Shown: positions 49,760 through 63,500 of the stretch, in pieces | Layout of the letters: every line of letters begins with the position of its first letter | How positions within the stretch are numbered: the stretch's first letter is position 1 | Assembly: GCA_964252035.1 (NCBI GenBank) | Contig: OZ176201.1 | DNA from: Podarcis erhardii | Taxonomy: Eukaryota | DNA: 64,000 nucleotides | Strand: one strand, 5' to 3' | Program-made: the position numbers and the translations under genes | Notes under the pieces: generated by a model | What the model was told of the DNA's origin: nothing | What the model saw: only the letters and a program-made list of their open reading frames with translations | Database searches by the model: none

Positions 49760-49849
49760 CATAGCTGTCAACTTTTTCCTTTTTTTAAGGGAAATTCCCT
49801 TATTCCGAATAGGATTCCTCGCAAGAAAAGGGAAAAGTTGACAGCTACG
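49760..49849. mobile_element. hAT MITE (90 bp), same TIR family as 39342-39496
   Basis: catagctgtcaac / gttgacagctacg, perfect 8-bp TSD tctaaaat. Confidence 0.93.
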
Positions 49850-50587
49850 TCTAAAATGTTCTGGCACAATCCCTGCAGAATGTTGTCACTTAGGAAGAGC
49901 TATGGCCATATGTCTTGGCTGGTGTTTATTCTTCTCCCTCCCCTGCCCCCAGCAGCTTAGTAAGTTTAGGAAAGGCAGAAGAAGACATAACTGGCAAGTC
50001 ACCCTGGCACCAGCAGAAGAGCTCCTGCAGGCCAAGTCTTTCTGAACTGCAGAGAAAGTTGAAAGAATTCTAAATAAATAATTCCAAGAATTCTTCAAAC
50101 AAATGAAACAAAAAACGGTTTGGAAAGACCCAGATCAATCCAAACTGAGACAGGAAGTTTGACCCGGCTCTAACCAGGCCACTGTCTTGCTTCTGTTCCC
50201 AGCTACACATGCTCCAGAGTGGAGAAAAGCCAACAGTGACATCAAACAAACAACGGGACAGGGGGAATGAGCTTTTGAATCACAGATCTTATCCCCCCCC
50301 CAATACAAAAAGGCCTTGCAGCATTTGTGAAAAATGCCTCAGGGAAAGTGGATATTTAGATCTTTAGTAGAAATGTGTGTGTTTTTTAATCAACTGAGAT
50401 TGTCATAATATCACTAATAAACAATGATGTGACTTACAAAATGCAGAAACTATCAGGGGAAGATGTAAATAAAGTGTGGAGAAAGTGGAAAAAATTAATA
50501 TTTTTTCTACCTTTCTCAACTTAAGACCATACAGTAAAGCTGAATATTAGAAGATTCAGGATAGAAAAAAGAAAGCACTTCTTTCCC

Positions 50588-50835
50588 CATTAGGTAGTGA
50601 TGGCCACCAACTTGGATTCTTCAAAAGAGTATCAGACAAGTTCATGGAGGATAAGGTTTTCAGTACAGCACAGCTATGTTTTATTTCCACTGTCAGAGGC
50701 AGTTTGCTCTGAATACCAGTGGCTGGGAATCATAACTGGGGAGAGTGCTATTGCACTCAGGTCCTGTTTTCAAGTTTCCCAAAAAGCTGGACTAGAAGAG
50801 CCTTTGGCCTGATCCAGTAGCACTCTTATGTTCCT
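50588..50835 (+). mobile_element. CR1 LINE 3' end
   Basis: gtagtgatggccaccaacttgg...gacaagttcatggaggataagg...gcctgatccagtagcactcttatgttcc. Confidence 0.85.
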
Positions 50836-51510
50836 ATGAGCTAGATATACCAACAGTCTGAAAGGCAGCTTCCTGTGTTCCTATCAGCAATGGAATGCCA
50901 AGGGATCTCTTCTGAACCTTTTTCAGATATGCAGAGGCACAACATGAGCCTACAAGATATTCTCTGCTCAGTGACCATTTGTGGCCAAAGTACCACTGTC
51001 CAAGTAAAGTGCTGTAAAAACTTGCAACAATTAACATACGTGCTGCTCTGAATAATGGCTGTGTCTGCATGTGAAGCTAAACCGTAGCTGAGAGTTACAA
51101 GGACAAGCCACAGCAAGCTCTGAACTCATGAACTTCCTCCTCCACTTCCAGCACAGTCATGAGGAGGAGTTTTGAAGCCTTTGATTCTGTTTTAGAATGC
51201 AGTTTGTTGTGGCATCCAAACAAGGAAAAAATGTGGTTAATCTTAACTATGGTTAGTCAAACAAGTCTGCTTCAAACCACACTTTAAGAAGCTGTTTTGT
51301 TTTTCATTAACCATGGTTATGTTTAGTGATTCAATGTAGCATTAAGTTGTGATTAATCTAAAATGGAAAGATGTGATCTCTTGCTTCACAGCCACACTGG
51401 AAGTTGAAGAGGAACATTTTTGTCTGGTGCCTAAAGGTATATAATGAAGGCACCAGCCAAACCTCCCTGAGGAGAACATTCCACCAATTGGAAATTTGAC
51501 CAATGCAAAT

Positions 51511-51537
51511 TGTGTGTGTGTGTGTGTGTGTGTGTGT
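51511..51537. repeat. (TG)13 microsatellite
   Basis: Direct reading. Confidence 0.95.
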
Positions 51538-52584
51538 TTATGAAATACCCAACATATGTTCAAATCATGGCTTAACCTTATTCTGTACTCTACCCACTTT
51601 TTGAGAGTTTCCAAGGAGGTGGCAAGTTGCAATTTGTTTTACAACTTTGACAAGACCAGTTTGGTTCACTTTTACCATTAAAAAATTAGTTCAGCTACCA
51701 ATTACCATCTGAATAAACAACTAAACGACTAAACAACAACCACCATGCAGGTTAAACTACTGCTTCCAGTAAATATGAATCAGTTCATATGTTTGCTATT
51801 TAACAAGGTATCACATTAATTAGGACTTCTAGATGCCAGTGGCTCAGACAGTCACTACCGGCATATCCTGCAGAACGGTTTTCGTCTAGTCTTCCCTTCC
51901 TCCATGCTCCCTACAAGGAGAGAGTCACTGTCATTGATTTGCTATCACACCAGCATCACTTTACAGTATCTTGCTAGATTCAGAAAGTCCCAGTCAAGCC
52001 TCCTGCCTTTCTTGTTCTCTCTCAGATCTGCCTTCATTGGGAGAGGGTGAAAATCAAACAGCAAAAAAAGAAAAAGAACAAAAGGCAAGCAGAAAAGTTT
52101 GGCAGAAATTAAATCAGCTATTCTTGTTTTATAAATGGGGAAAAATAAGATATTGTGACTTGCTCAAAGCTACCAATCATGTTTGTAGCTTAAGCAGGAC
52201 ACAAGCACAGGACCAAAGAATGTGACACCATTGGTTTCAAATGTGCACTTCCATTGAAATGTAACCCAAGCTACTTTGGGGGAATGTAGCTAAACAATAG
52301 AAGATCTATCTTGCTTGAGGCAAGCAACAGAGTGGCTAGAAGCAGCTACCGTTCTATCTTCTAACCAAGATTCCAGTGACCCCCATTACTCTAACCCTTT
52401 CCTTCTGTGTATTCAAGAGCCACATGCTGAAGTTTCAAATCTAAATTTCTATCATTATCTAAAATTCAAGCGCTTGACTTTCCCTTAAGGGCTGGCAGAG
52501 TTCATCTTTAAGATTCTCAGTCAGGGCTCTCAAAAATATGACCAGAAAAGTATGATTTCAACTATTGTCTTTCTATGAAAGTTC

Positions 52585-52892
52585 TAACAGAAGTGAAACA
52601 TCTGAACAGACAACCCACAAGATGCAATGACAGCCACCAACTTAAAAAGGAATTAGACAAATTCATGAAGAAGCCTATCAATATCTATTACAGTCACGAT
52701 GGCTATATATTACCTCCAGCATCAGAGGCACTAGGCAGCATGTGTCTGAATCCTAGTTGCTAAGGAACATGAGCAGGAGAGAGCTATTGCACTCAGGCCC
52801 TCCTTATGGGCTTCCCATAGGCACTGTGGGGAGCATGATGCTGGACTTGCTAAGCCATTGGTCTGATCCAATAAGGCTGTCTTTATGTTCTT
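52585..52892 (+). mobile_element. CR1 LINE 3' end
   Basis: ttaaaaaggaattagacaaattcatg (LKKELDKFM)...ggtctgatccaataaggctgtctttatgttctta. Confidence 0.85.
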
Positions 52893-53906
52893 AAATGGGA
52901 AATATGATGGACTACAAAGCCAGGCCAGGCTGAGACTCAAGACTGTATTTAAAATTCAGTCACAACAGAGGATAGCTTCTGTACTTTTATAAGCAGGTAC
53001 TTTGCTTCACAGCTGAACAGGGCATACTCCACTGAGCGGGGCCCTATGGGGCCTTATGTACTGCAGAAACTGTGGAACCCAGCACAAATGAATGCTGATG
53101 TTTTCATTTTGTTCTTGTAGTAAGCGAAGGGAGACTAGCTAGATCCTGCTTCACTTTGTGTTTGAAGTGCTGTACCTCAAACCAACTTTAAGGAACAATC
53201 TGCATGGTAAAGAGCCCTGGAATCTCCTCATCAAGTGATAAATATATCTGACAAAATTCTAACAGCATTTGTTTTTAAACTGGCTTTTCTGATTGTGAAC
53301 CAGATAAATGTTCTGAAGTTATATAATGATTTCAGAGAATATGTTTTAAAAGAATTCTTGGATTAAGAAGACACAATGATAAAAGGCTTTGTGACTCCTT
53401 AAGGTTTATAGCAACGTATTCTACAACTGTAAAAAGCCAATTATTGAAATGATAGCCTGAGCTATACAATACTTGACTGAAAACATGAAGAAAAGGTGAA
53501 TGACATTTATGGCTATGCCAGAGTTTTAGTTACATTTTAGCCAGTTTGTTTCCTTCCTTCCATAACATATACAACCTGTACAGAAAAGCAGTAATTACAC
53601 TATTTCTATTTTTAGTGCAGAACACTATTCTGACCTACTCAGCAAGGCAATTCCTTCCTCCCCCCACACCGGGCCGCTAACCTTTAATGTCATTCTATCA
53701 TTGTGCTGTTGGCTGAACACTCCCTGGCAGATGTGGGATGGGCCACTAGCTCTTCATTAACTGCAGCTGCAGCTTCTTTCTTTTCGCTTGAACAAAGTAT
53801 CCAGAGAGCAGTTCATAGTCTTTAACCAGTCCTTCAAGTTAGATATCAATGCCATGTTGTGAAACATTCACCGGGATGTTGCCAGACTCGGTGGGGCCAG
53901 CATTCT

Positions 53907-53907
<1 letters not shown>

Positions 53908-53946
<39 letters not shown>
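53908..53946. repeat. (CA)19 microsatellite
   Basis: Direct reading. Confidence 0.97.
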
Positions 53947-53948
<2 letters not shown>

Positions 53949-54310
53949 ATAACGTGTTTTCAGGAGTCACTGGTTCTTTGGCACACATGTAAAACACTTC
54001 TGATTTGCAGGAAACTGATATACAAAATAGCTATTTTGTGCAGTCTTTGGGTTGCATTTTGTGCTAAATAGTTTTGGCGGGGGTGGGGGACTGATTTTAA
54101 TTTTTATATATGGTTCTCCAGTTGGTTTCAAGAGCAAACAGGAGGTGAAGGACTATAATAAACTGGATTTGCCTCATTTGAGTTGTGCTATGGCATGGAA
54201 AGGATTACCAAGTAGAACAGAACTCTTGGACTTTGAAACATACAAATGCAGCTGAACAATACAAACTAATGATTATCTTTTTAACAATATATTCTATAGC
54301 ATAGAGATGA

Positions 54311-54354
54311 TAGGTAGGTAGGTAGGTAGGTAGGTAGGTAGGTAGGTAGGTAGG
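54311..54354. repeat. (TAGG)11 microsatellite
   Basis: Direct reading. Confidence 0.97.
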
Positions 54355-57300
54355 CAGATAAAAAGATAGATATAGATAGATAGATTATAGGAGCCAGTCT
54401 CAATGCACTGGGAAGTTGTCCTTTGTAAACCAAATTGAAATGAATGGGAAAACTTCTTAGAATCGCCCTTTCACACAAAAATATTGTTATCTGTGCAGAT
54501 TCTACAAGGATCATTAATGACAGTAATTAAAGAAGAAAAAGAAAAAGAAGAATTCAACAGAAATAAAATTCTTTGAGTCTGAAAAGTACACAAACATACC
54601 TTAAAATGCCACAATTGATGAAATTGCTTTTTGCTTACTGAACCTAATCCATTACCTTGCTCATAAATAATTGCCAAAACCTTGCCTAATGACAAAAGGC
54701 ATTCCAGTAAACCTCTGTGGTGCACAGATGTTTTAGTTTCATTTGAACTCTCAGAACTCATAAAAGTTAATATATATGACATAAAATAGTTTTAACAGAA
54801 CATCTAATCTCTCATAGATCCTCCAAGGAGATTATTTCTCTTTATAAGCATTGTAAATTTTAGTTATTGTAGTATCTGTACATATATGTGCAACTAGCTA
54901 TCTTTGTAACCACCCCTCACTAATTTCTGCTTGTTAAATAAAAGCTATTAAGCAAGCATTGCCTCGCACAGTACCAGGAAGAGTGAATGCATCTAGTACT
55001 ATTCTAAATACTTTCTATAGAATAGAGTTTGCTTCAAAGCTTGGGCAGTGATGCTATTAATGTGCTCAGTCATAATAAAAAAAGTTGCTAGAGGCAACAA
55101 CATCTCTAAACATCCTTTTCACACTACAAGCTATTCAAGATTCATAGTAATTTATTCGGCCACTTACCAGCAAACATGACAGCTGCTCCTGAATCTGTCC
55201 CAATGTTGTTGATATTTTTTCCACTCATACACATCCTCTCCCCTCCTCTTTTGAAAACTGTTTCCCTGCATTTCATCTGGCCATAATAAGCCCAGGCTTC
55301 TTTTGCCTTATTTACATTTTCTTTGCAGTGTCAATACACTTTACTGGACAGCAGCAAGCATTCTGCCAGGCATTTGAATTTCTTCCCACTGATATAAAGT
55401 CTTCCGCCTGGTGAACCTTAAATCTCTCTTCCTGACTCTCCTTTGCCAGCAGCCTGAGATATCTTGCTTCCGTAAATTTTGCCATCTCCTCTAAAATCCA
55501 CACCACTGCATTTTATGTCTCACCGTAAGAGATACTTTATTCCTTTGCAGCCCTTCTTATGCTTTCCTCTCAACATTAAATCACAAGATTCTCTTTCCTG
55601 ACAAACCAACTGATGCAAGTACAGCCCCTTTTCTGTGAGAAACATCACCTCCAGACCTTCCCTCTCTAAGAAAGCAATCATGTGAATTGCAAGGCAGAAG
55701 GGTTTAGCCTCCTTCTCAAATCCTCGTATGTATGTCTTGTTTGAGAAGCCTACCATTGGCTTATACCATACAATACAGCCATTTGGTACATAAGCAGAAC
55801 TATTTGCTCAACAACAACGAATACCACAAACGGCCAGAGCTGTTAACTTAAAATGATACATTTGAGGTTGATGTGCAAGGCACAATAATTAACAACTTGA
55901 AATACATCGAAGATGCAAGTGATATAATATCAACAACCACAAGACTGCCTGTGTAAAGGTATACTTTTCTTCAATTTAGAAATAAAATTCCAAGGCGGAG
56001 AGAGAGAAAACAATGACGGGGAAAGGGGACTAACTAGGTTAACCTGCATCGGTGCTTCCACTTAATTGGTTTGCTACTGTCCAGCAAATATATATTGATA
56101 CTAAGGAAACAAAAGCAAATGATTTTCATATACTGCATTGATTCACATAAAATATTTAACTGTCTCCTGGCTCAATAGGCTGTGGTGTGGATACTTAATC
56201 AGGGGCAACATGAGCCTCAGATTCTCATCAAACAGTGAGGAGAAGCAAAGAAAGAAAAAGAAAAGAAAAAGCCAAGTTCTAATAATTTTAGTAGTTTGTG
56301 TCTGGGAAAATCACATGGCACAGCATCATTATAGAAATGCAAACTATAAAGGGAATTAACATTCTATTATTTTATAGTACTGTTGCATCAACACTAATTG
56401 CAAGCATGCACACACACAGAGGAAGATGCAGCACAAATGCATTCTCTGCCAGTTATTTAAAGAACAATCTTAAGCACATATACCGGTACTTGGAAAGTAT
56501 GTCCCATTAATTTCTGGAGATTTAATTCCAAGTAAGTGTGCTTCGGAGCACAGCCTAAGGAGATATATCATCATTTCCACATGCAATGCATCAAGAAATA
56601 GGTCAGATATAAATATGCTTAAAATAAGATCTTATAAGAACCACAGGCTTCAAAGGGTGCACCAGAAATTTCAAAATCAATGTAACATGCAAAGCACTTC
56701 CTTAACATTTTGATTGAGTGCGAAAATAGTGTGCCAAATTTGTTTCTTCAGTGCTAGAGATAGAGTTGTATTCAATGTTAGTTCTACTTAGAGTTGACCC
56801 ATTGAGATAATTGGCATGGCTTAGATCCAAGTAACTACTCAGAGTATAATTTAGTTGGCTATAATACGAGATGCAAAAGTATTCCCTCATTCACCCCAAC
56901 GAGGCTTGATTCCAACTGATTGTGAGCAAAACCAGGAGTGACTCACTTGAGGTGAAGCCATAGCAATAGCTTCTTGGCAGAAGTGCCACTGCTTCTTACT
57001 TCATGACAGCAAGGTGGGAGTTGTCTGGGTGCACTGGTAGGGGCACCAGACTGGGTCCAGGTCACCCATGCAGCCCCGCCCTTGCTGCCACCTTGCCCAG
57101 CAATCAGCAATGATGCTTCTGTTGAGAGGCTACTTCTGTAGCTCCACCCCACCTGGCTAGCCACTGCTGAAAAGACTTGTGGTTGCCTCCCTCTGAAGAC
57201 ATCTCTTTCACCTTCTCAGCCTCCCAAGGACCTACCACACTTAATTAAAAGAGGGCTGGTTCAAGTTCCTTGCTGGTGAGTCCAAGTGCTTTCACTGGAC

Positions 57301-58957
57301 GGAAAAGGTATGTTGAGGAGTTGAAGCTCTGCTAACAACAGGATTGGAGCCAAAATGGGGACAATGAGAAATAAACGGGAAGCATCAACATCCTTGGGTA
57401 AAGTCCCAGGCATGCAGAAATCCATTAAAAAAAAAAAAAATCCACAAGAGGATCCTCATCCGGTGGGAAAACACAACCACTCAATGGGAAATGAACATCC
57501 AGGAGCCACAGAATATTGGGTGCCAGCCGGAAAAGAAAACCAGAAATCTATCCTAGTGGTGGGAGAGAGAAAGCAAGTGAATTGGTTTGCTTGATCCCTA
57601 TGAAGCTTATATTGTCCTGGAGGGAGGCATAGCTGACTGGAATCCTTAACTGGTCGCAGGCCCCACCTGCTACGAGTAATAGCCATTGTTAGACCATGTC
57701 TAAGGCATCTTAGTGGCCACAGCCATCATGACATAATGAAAGAGTATTCAATTTCGTCTGATTGTTGTGTGTATGAAGGAGCAAGGCAGATGACCTACAT
57801 TTTTACCCTATTGTCTTTGTTAAGGATCTATATTCTGACAAACTCATTTATCTTCCCCCCCTTTGAGACACATTCTGTTTAGGCTCATAGCCTTTGTGAG
57901 CCAGTCACAACTCATTGGTGAATCATTACCAGTTTGAGATTGTATTTCCAGAATGTAAGTAGAAGGATATTACCTATATAGAAGGCTAGGAATATTTCTG
58001 AGGTGTGTGTGTGTGTAAATTTTTTATTAAATTTTCTGTTTTTCAATGTAGAATATTCATTTAAACAACCTTAAAATATCAATGACTTTCCTTATTCTCT
58101 TCCCATGGTTCATTTTGCATATTATGGAAGATTTCTGAGGTTTGGAAGAGAGAGTGGCAGACCCAATCACTCAGTTCTTGTGTTCTGCTTCTCATGTAGA
58201 TGGAGCCCAGTCATCCTAGTCTGAGTGCCAGTCCTGTACCTTTGCCATAATGCAGGGGTGTGTGTGCAAGGAATGAAGGACTGGTTAGCCCACCAGCCAA
58301 TCTGCACTTCTCCCACAGGAGCAGAATTCAAGACTGGTTTGGAAAATGGCAAGTACGTTTCAGGTGGGATTTAATATTGGTGGTGTAATGCCTTCCTTCT
58401 ATAGCAGACGCCTGACGCCAAACGTGTGTAATGCTTAATTATTTACTCACACTGTTTGCAAACTGTCAGCACGAGCTTCTGTTTGGTCCTTACTGGCCCT
58501 GATGAGAACAGAAACTTGCTTCTGAAGGACACTAGTAACTTAATGCCCATTTGCATCTTCTAAGAATAAGCCCAGTTCCCACATGGGACACTTCTACCAA
58601 TCGAGCACAGATATGATATAGAGACTTTAAACAACTTTGTTCCAATTAGGACTGCGCAACCAATTTGCTTCGCTTGCAGTGGCACAACAAATTCACATAT
58701 TGTTCTGCTGTGTCCCTTCTGTCCACCCAAATCAAAATTTGTCTCTGGTGCCCTCTTCCCTCAAGAAGCCAGCCAGGTCTTTAGTCCAGCCTGTAAATTC
58801 TTCGCTACCCAGTTTAGTCCTCCTTGGATCATGCCTCAATGAGACTGCTCCAAACTGATTCCGTCCACCCAAATCAAAGTTTGTCTGTTCCAGACTGATT
58901 CCCAATAAGCAGAAGGGCTTCAGCTCCCCTCCTTACATCTTCCACTCCATTCCTATA

Positions 58958-59197
58958 CAGTGGTACTTCTGGATGTGAACAGGATCCGTTTCGGAGCCCC
59001 GTTCGCATCCCGAAGCGAACGCAACCTGTATCCGCACATGCCGCGATATGCCACTTCTGTGCATGATGTCATTTTGAGTGTCTGTGCATACGCGAGCAGC
59101 GAAACCTGGAAGTAACACGCTCCGTTACTTCCGGGTCGCCGCAGAGCGCAAACCAAAAATGCTCAGTCAGAAGCTACTTCAACCCAAGGTATGACTG
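58958..59197 (+). mobile_element. Tigger-like MITE family A
   Basis: TA|cagtggtacttc...aaggtatgactg|TA; homologous to 12920-13159. Confidence 0.9.
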
Positions 59198-59595
59198 TAC
59201 CTCTTTTCCATGTTTGTTATTTTCCTTGAGCTATTCAGGAAATTTAATGGGTACACAAGTCTCATGTTTCCACTTAAATAATACTTATCTGGGGTTGTTG
59301 TTGTTTTGAACTGCATTGGAAGGTTCTGAAGAAACCCTAGCTGCTTACTTGGACATCACATGGCATGGGGCTAGAGTGTGACTTACAAAGAATGGCACTC
59401 CTTCAATCTCCGCATGACTGACATTGTCCTGAATGATTCGAAGTCTGCTTTTCAGTATTAGCAGACTGCAACCAAAATCCACAAGACTTAGCTGATTATA
59501 GAACACTGCTATAAAGCCATGACCATAAACACTTTGGTCACATTTTCCATTTTATTTGAACCCAGATTTTTAAGTATCCATGGTATAGTGCAATA

Positions 59596-59754
59596 CAGGC
59601 AACCCCCAATTTGCGCAGGGGTTGCATTCCAGGTCATCACATGCAATGGCAGAGTGCACAGAAGCCCCTTCTGCCCTGTTGCGGCCCCGCCCCCTTTTCC
59701 AGCCACTCCTGGGTTGCCACATCAATTGGACACATGTAAATTGATCATTACCTG
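59596..59754. mobile_element. Possible degenerate Tigger-like MITE
   Basis: ta|caggcaacccccaattt...aaattgatcattacctg; imperfect TIRs, right TA absent. Confidence 0.35.
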
Positions 59755-60310
59755 TTTCCCTGATGGCATACAAAAATTTCCTGATCAAGGACCCCATATA
59801 TCACACCTATAATTTACCTTGCCATGTTGTAATAATAGGCTTGGTATCTGCGGGTTGTGAAGAGACTGTAATTTAACAAAGATTTCCTTTCTTTTTATAA
59901 TTTAATACTGATAGATATCAATGTCATCAAAACAGAGAAAATTATAAAAATGCCGGGTGGATTAAACACATGATTGAGAATCAGAAGGCATGGCTTCAGT
60001 TTTCATTGTTATCTTACTGAAGAATTGCCTGGAGTTTATGCAACTAATGACGATGATGAAATCATGAGAAACTAAATTGATACCTTGAAAAACAAGCAAG
60101 GGAGGAAAACGGGAGAAACAGAACATAAAGTCAAAACACAAGCTAAAAGGCACACGATGAAAGTGCTATAAATATCTGCATTCCAAATCTACTACTTAAC
60201 ACCCCCCCCACCCCCCCCACCCCCAGGATCTGCTTGTGTAAACATTGTTCTTCACCAAATATTAGCTCTTTGGTATTCCCAAGGCTAACCTCAATTGAAG
60301 TTACAACCTG

Positions 60311-60512
60311 AAACAAAAATAAGAAGGTGCTGTGCAACCTTTAAAGACTAGCACATTTAGCACATACTTTGATGAGCTAGATTCCACTTCATTAGATGCA
60401 TCAAGTGGACTCTAATCTACAAAATCTTATGCTCCAATAAATCTGTTAAGTCTTTAAAGTGCCACAAGATTCTTTGTTGCCTTTTTACTGCAGGAGACTA
60501 ACACAACTACCT
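60311..60512. mobile_element. Penelope-like pLTR fragments in inverted arrangement, degenerate
   Basis: ctttaaagactagcacattt ... aaatctgttaagtctttaaagtgccacaagattctttgttg; decayed hammerhead-like core in the middle. Confidence 0.7.
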
Positions 60513-63500
60513 TTTTGTAAGTTGTCACCTGAATCAAATTCCTACTGCTGTTCTGACAGGGGTACAACTTGGTAATATGACTGTGCTGTGGGTATGTTCA
60601 GAAGCACTGGCTCAACAGTTTTCTTGTTAATTCCTTCTTTTATCCATTTCTGAGTCTGTGGATCCAATTCCAAACATTTTTTTGTTTTGCTTTATCTAAC
60701 AATAAGGCTTTGCTGGCGCTCTCCAATGCCAGCAACTTTATACACATACATGCATAACGTCAGCACAGCTTTTAATCCCATCAGGGCCATTCAAGTTTTC
60801 CTAGGCTGTTCTTTACAGCTGTCGCCTATATCAGATTTTCATTCACGTAAGAACAGAGGCAGTCAGAAGCTCAGATCTTCAATCTGTTTCAAACAACTGG
60901 AAACCCATGTAAACTTATTAAAGTCACAGAACTACAAATATTCAAAGTCTTAGTAATAACTGTGGATGTTGCAGTGTAACTCAGCAATATCACCAGCTCA
61001 AGCCTTTTCTCTTCCACCACTCATTTAAAAGAGAATTAAAGCAATTGCTTTGACAAAATCATGCTTCCTGCAGGGACTTTAGATAAGTGTTTGGTTTCTA
61101 CTGAAAAAACATAGGTTCTTAGGAGATCAGGTCTGTTCACTACGAACACCAGCTTCATCCACCCACCCATTGCAAAGGAATACAAATGGAATTGTTCTCT
61201 CATGTTGTTTTTTTTTAGCCTTTATGAGTGCGTGTATATATTTGCAAATGGTTTGAGCAATATCATATTCCACACCATACTTGCTTATGACCATTATACA
61301 AATGCTGAAATTACAAATTTCCTGGGAGAATAAATTACTGTAATATCTCTATAAGCCTTCTGTAAAACAAGTGCTCACTGAAATAGCTTTTTTGTTTTGA
61401 AACAAAGGCTGACCCTTCTTTCAATTAAAAGAAAGTGCTTCTGGAAGCAGTTGCTGAAAACAATAAGATTTTTATATTTTTTTTAAAAAAAGAATAAAGA
61501 AATGTTTATTTATTTACTTCAGACAAGCCCTTTCCATGGATCCAGCCAGTACCAAGCTGAATTATCAGCATACGTCTGTAAGGCGGAATAATTCAGGTAA
61601 CTTTGGAGTGGGGGAAGAGACTGAGAAAGAAAAGAGGCTACATTGATTTCCTACCATTTTTTTCCAGGTACAGTTTCTTTATTTTGCTCCCAATACCCCT
61701 AGGCTGTGTGGATGCTTTCTGTGCTACTGTAGGTAACCATCTATTGTGACATTCTCCCTTTTCTTTAGCCATTCACATCAACCACAGATAATGAGAAGAT
61801 ACTCTGTCCTCAGCAGTGAGCCACTTTCATACCTAACAGCCTGTGGTTCTGCTCTGCTTTGAGACTTATTGCCTATTCAGGAATATATATATATATATAT
61901 TTGCATTCCAGTAGGTGCTTTCCACACCACATGGTTTCATTCAACTTGTGCAGCATGCCAGTTTTCAAGCAGCGGTGCCTTAAAACTGCTTTGTCTTGAA
62001 ACAGGCATGAACACTAGAACAACAGGCCCAAGGCCACCGTAATTCATATATTTTTTAAGGTCAGCTGTCATTGGGAAACAAATGAGCCACACACACACAC
62101 ACACACACCCTTTCAGCTGTCAATATGCAATGCCACAACTTGCTGCAACCTGTCATTTGCAAAACTCACACAGTACTACTATGATAACTCAGTAGTACTT
62201 TTGTGTCTATAACAAAGAACGAAGAGGTGTTAAATATTAGGGATTAACATACTGTGTTTTGCAAGAAAAATAATTCTATTGGAAAAACCCTGTTTTGAAA
62301 AATAAAGCCACATCAAATACATCAGTTGCATAATAGTTCCCAGTTTTGAACTCAACACTCAAATCATAAATAAAACATTTCAACAATTTTTAAATAACAC
62401 ATGAACATTATAAGTAATATTATTGTGCCTATTCTGCACACTAAGTTATGGACTACATTTGTCAGAACAACAAGTCTGCCACTACACTATTTCTTCCCCC
62501 AACACAACTTTTATTGAAATTTAAAAAGGTATAATGAGAAACTGTAAGACTACATCAAATTTAAAAAGATGCTTTCTGATGGCACTTAGTAAATGCTGAT
62601 TTGAAGAAATAGTACCCCCCCCCAATATTAACTAACACAAAAAGGATAGTTTAAAGAAGACATCCAAGCCACACTTCAAAGCAAAACATCAAACTATGCA
62701 GCTACATTTTGTTAAACTCTCAAAGAAGAAAACCCAGTTTAAAAAGTCGTTATTTCTTCCCTTGAAACAATCATCACATGCCTGCATTTTAGATAGCCAA
62801 ACAACCTGCAATCTGTAAACAGATTACCCTCATTCCTCCCTGTTAAATTCAGCAAAGAGCAGTGGAACAGAAAATTATATGTAGCTGGCAAAGTCACAAC
62901 TCACTCACATGCAACTATGGAAGAAAAACCGGTACTTACAGAACTGTAAGATAAAATATCCCAGTTTCTCTTTTACATTTTACAGCAAATCAAACAAAGA
63001 TCTCAGCTCTCATCAAGTCACTGCTTCCACTGTACTGATCAGCCAGGCAGAAAAGGCCCTTATGGATTCCCTATGCAGCTGGGAGATAATGGAACCATAT
63101 TCTCAGCTGGGACTAGAGAAGCCTAACCGCTATGCACTGAGCACTGTATGGCTGCTCACTAGCATTAATCAGGAAGTACAGTGCTCCACCGCTTTATGCC
63201 TCCCTTCCCCCAAGGACCTGCACAATTAACACATGAATCAAAGATGCACACATTGGGAGACCTTGTACACAGAAGGACATATAATCCCAGTTCAGGGATA
63301 TCTGAACACTGGTTAATTTTGTTCACTGATCAAGGATACGAGACTTCTTTTTAATTAAAGGCAAACACACACATTTATGTATATGGTTCCTGGATTTAAG
63401 TAATACTGTAATCTTGCTATGACCACATAACAGATGATTACATAAATCTCTGTAATTAAGCTGAATGCTTTGCATATACAGCATTGTACGCTGCTATAAA

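Noticed and set aside
55312-55756. Two adjacent minus-strand ORFs with EEMAKFT, weakly like an L1 ORF2 C-terminus
   Set aside because: The similarity is too short to call either a gene or a LINE fragment; a profile search would be needed.
58499-58515. CTGATGA...GAAAC hammerhead-like core
   Set aside because: Only 5 nt between the core halves, with no pairable stem II and no stem I/III partner.
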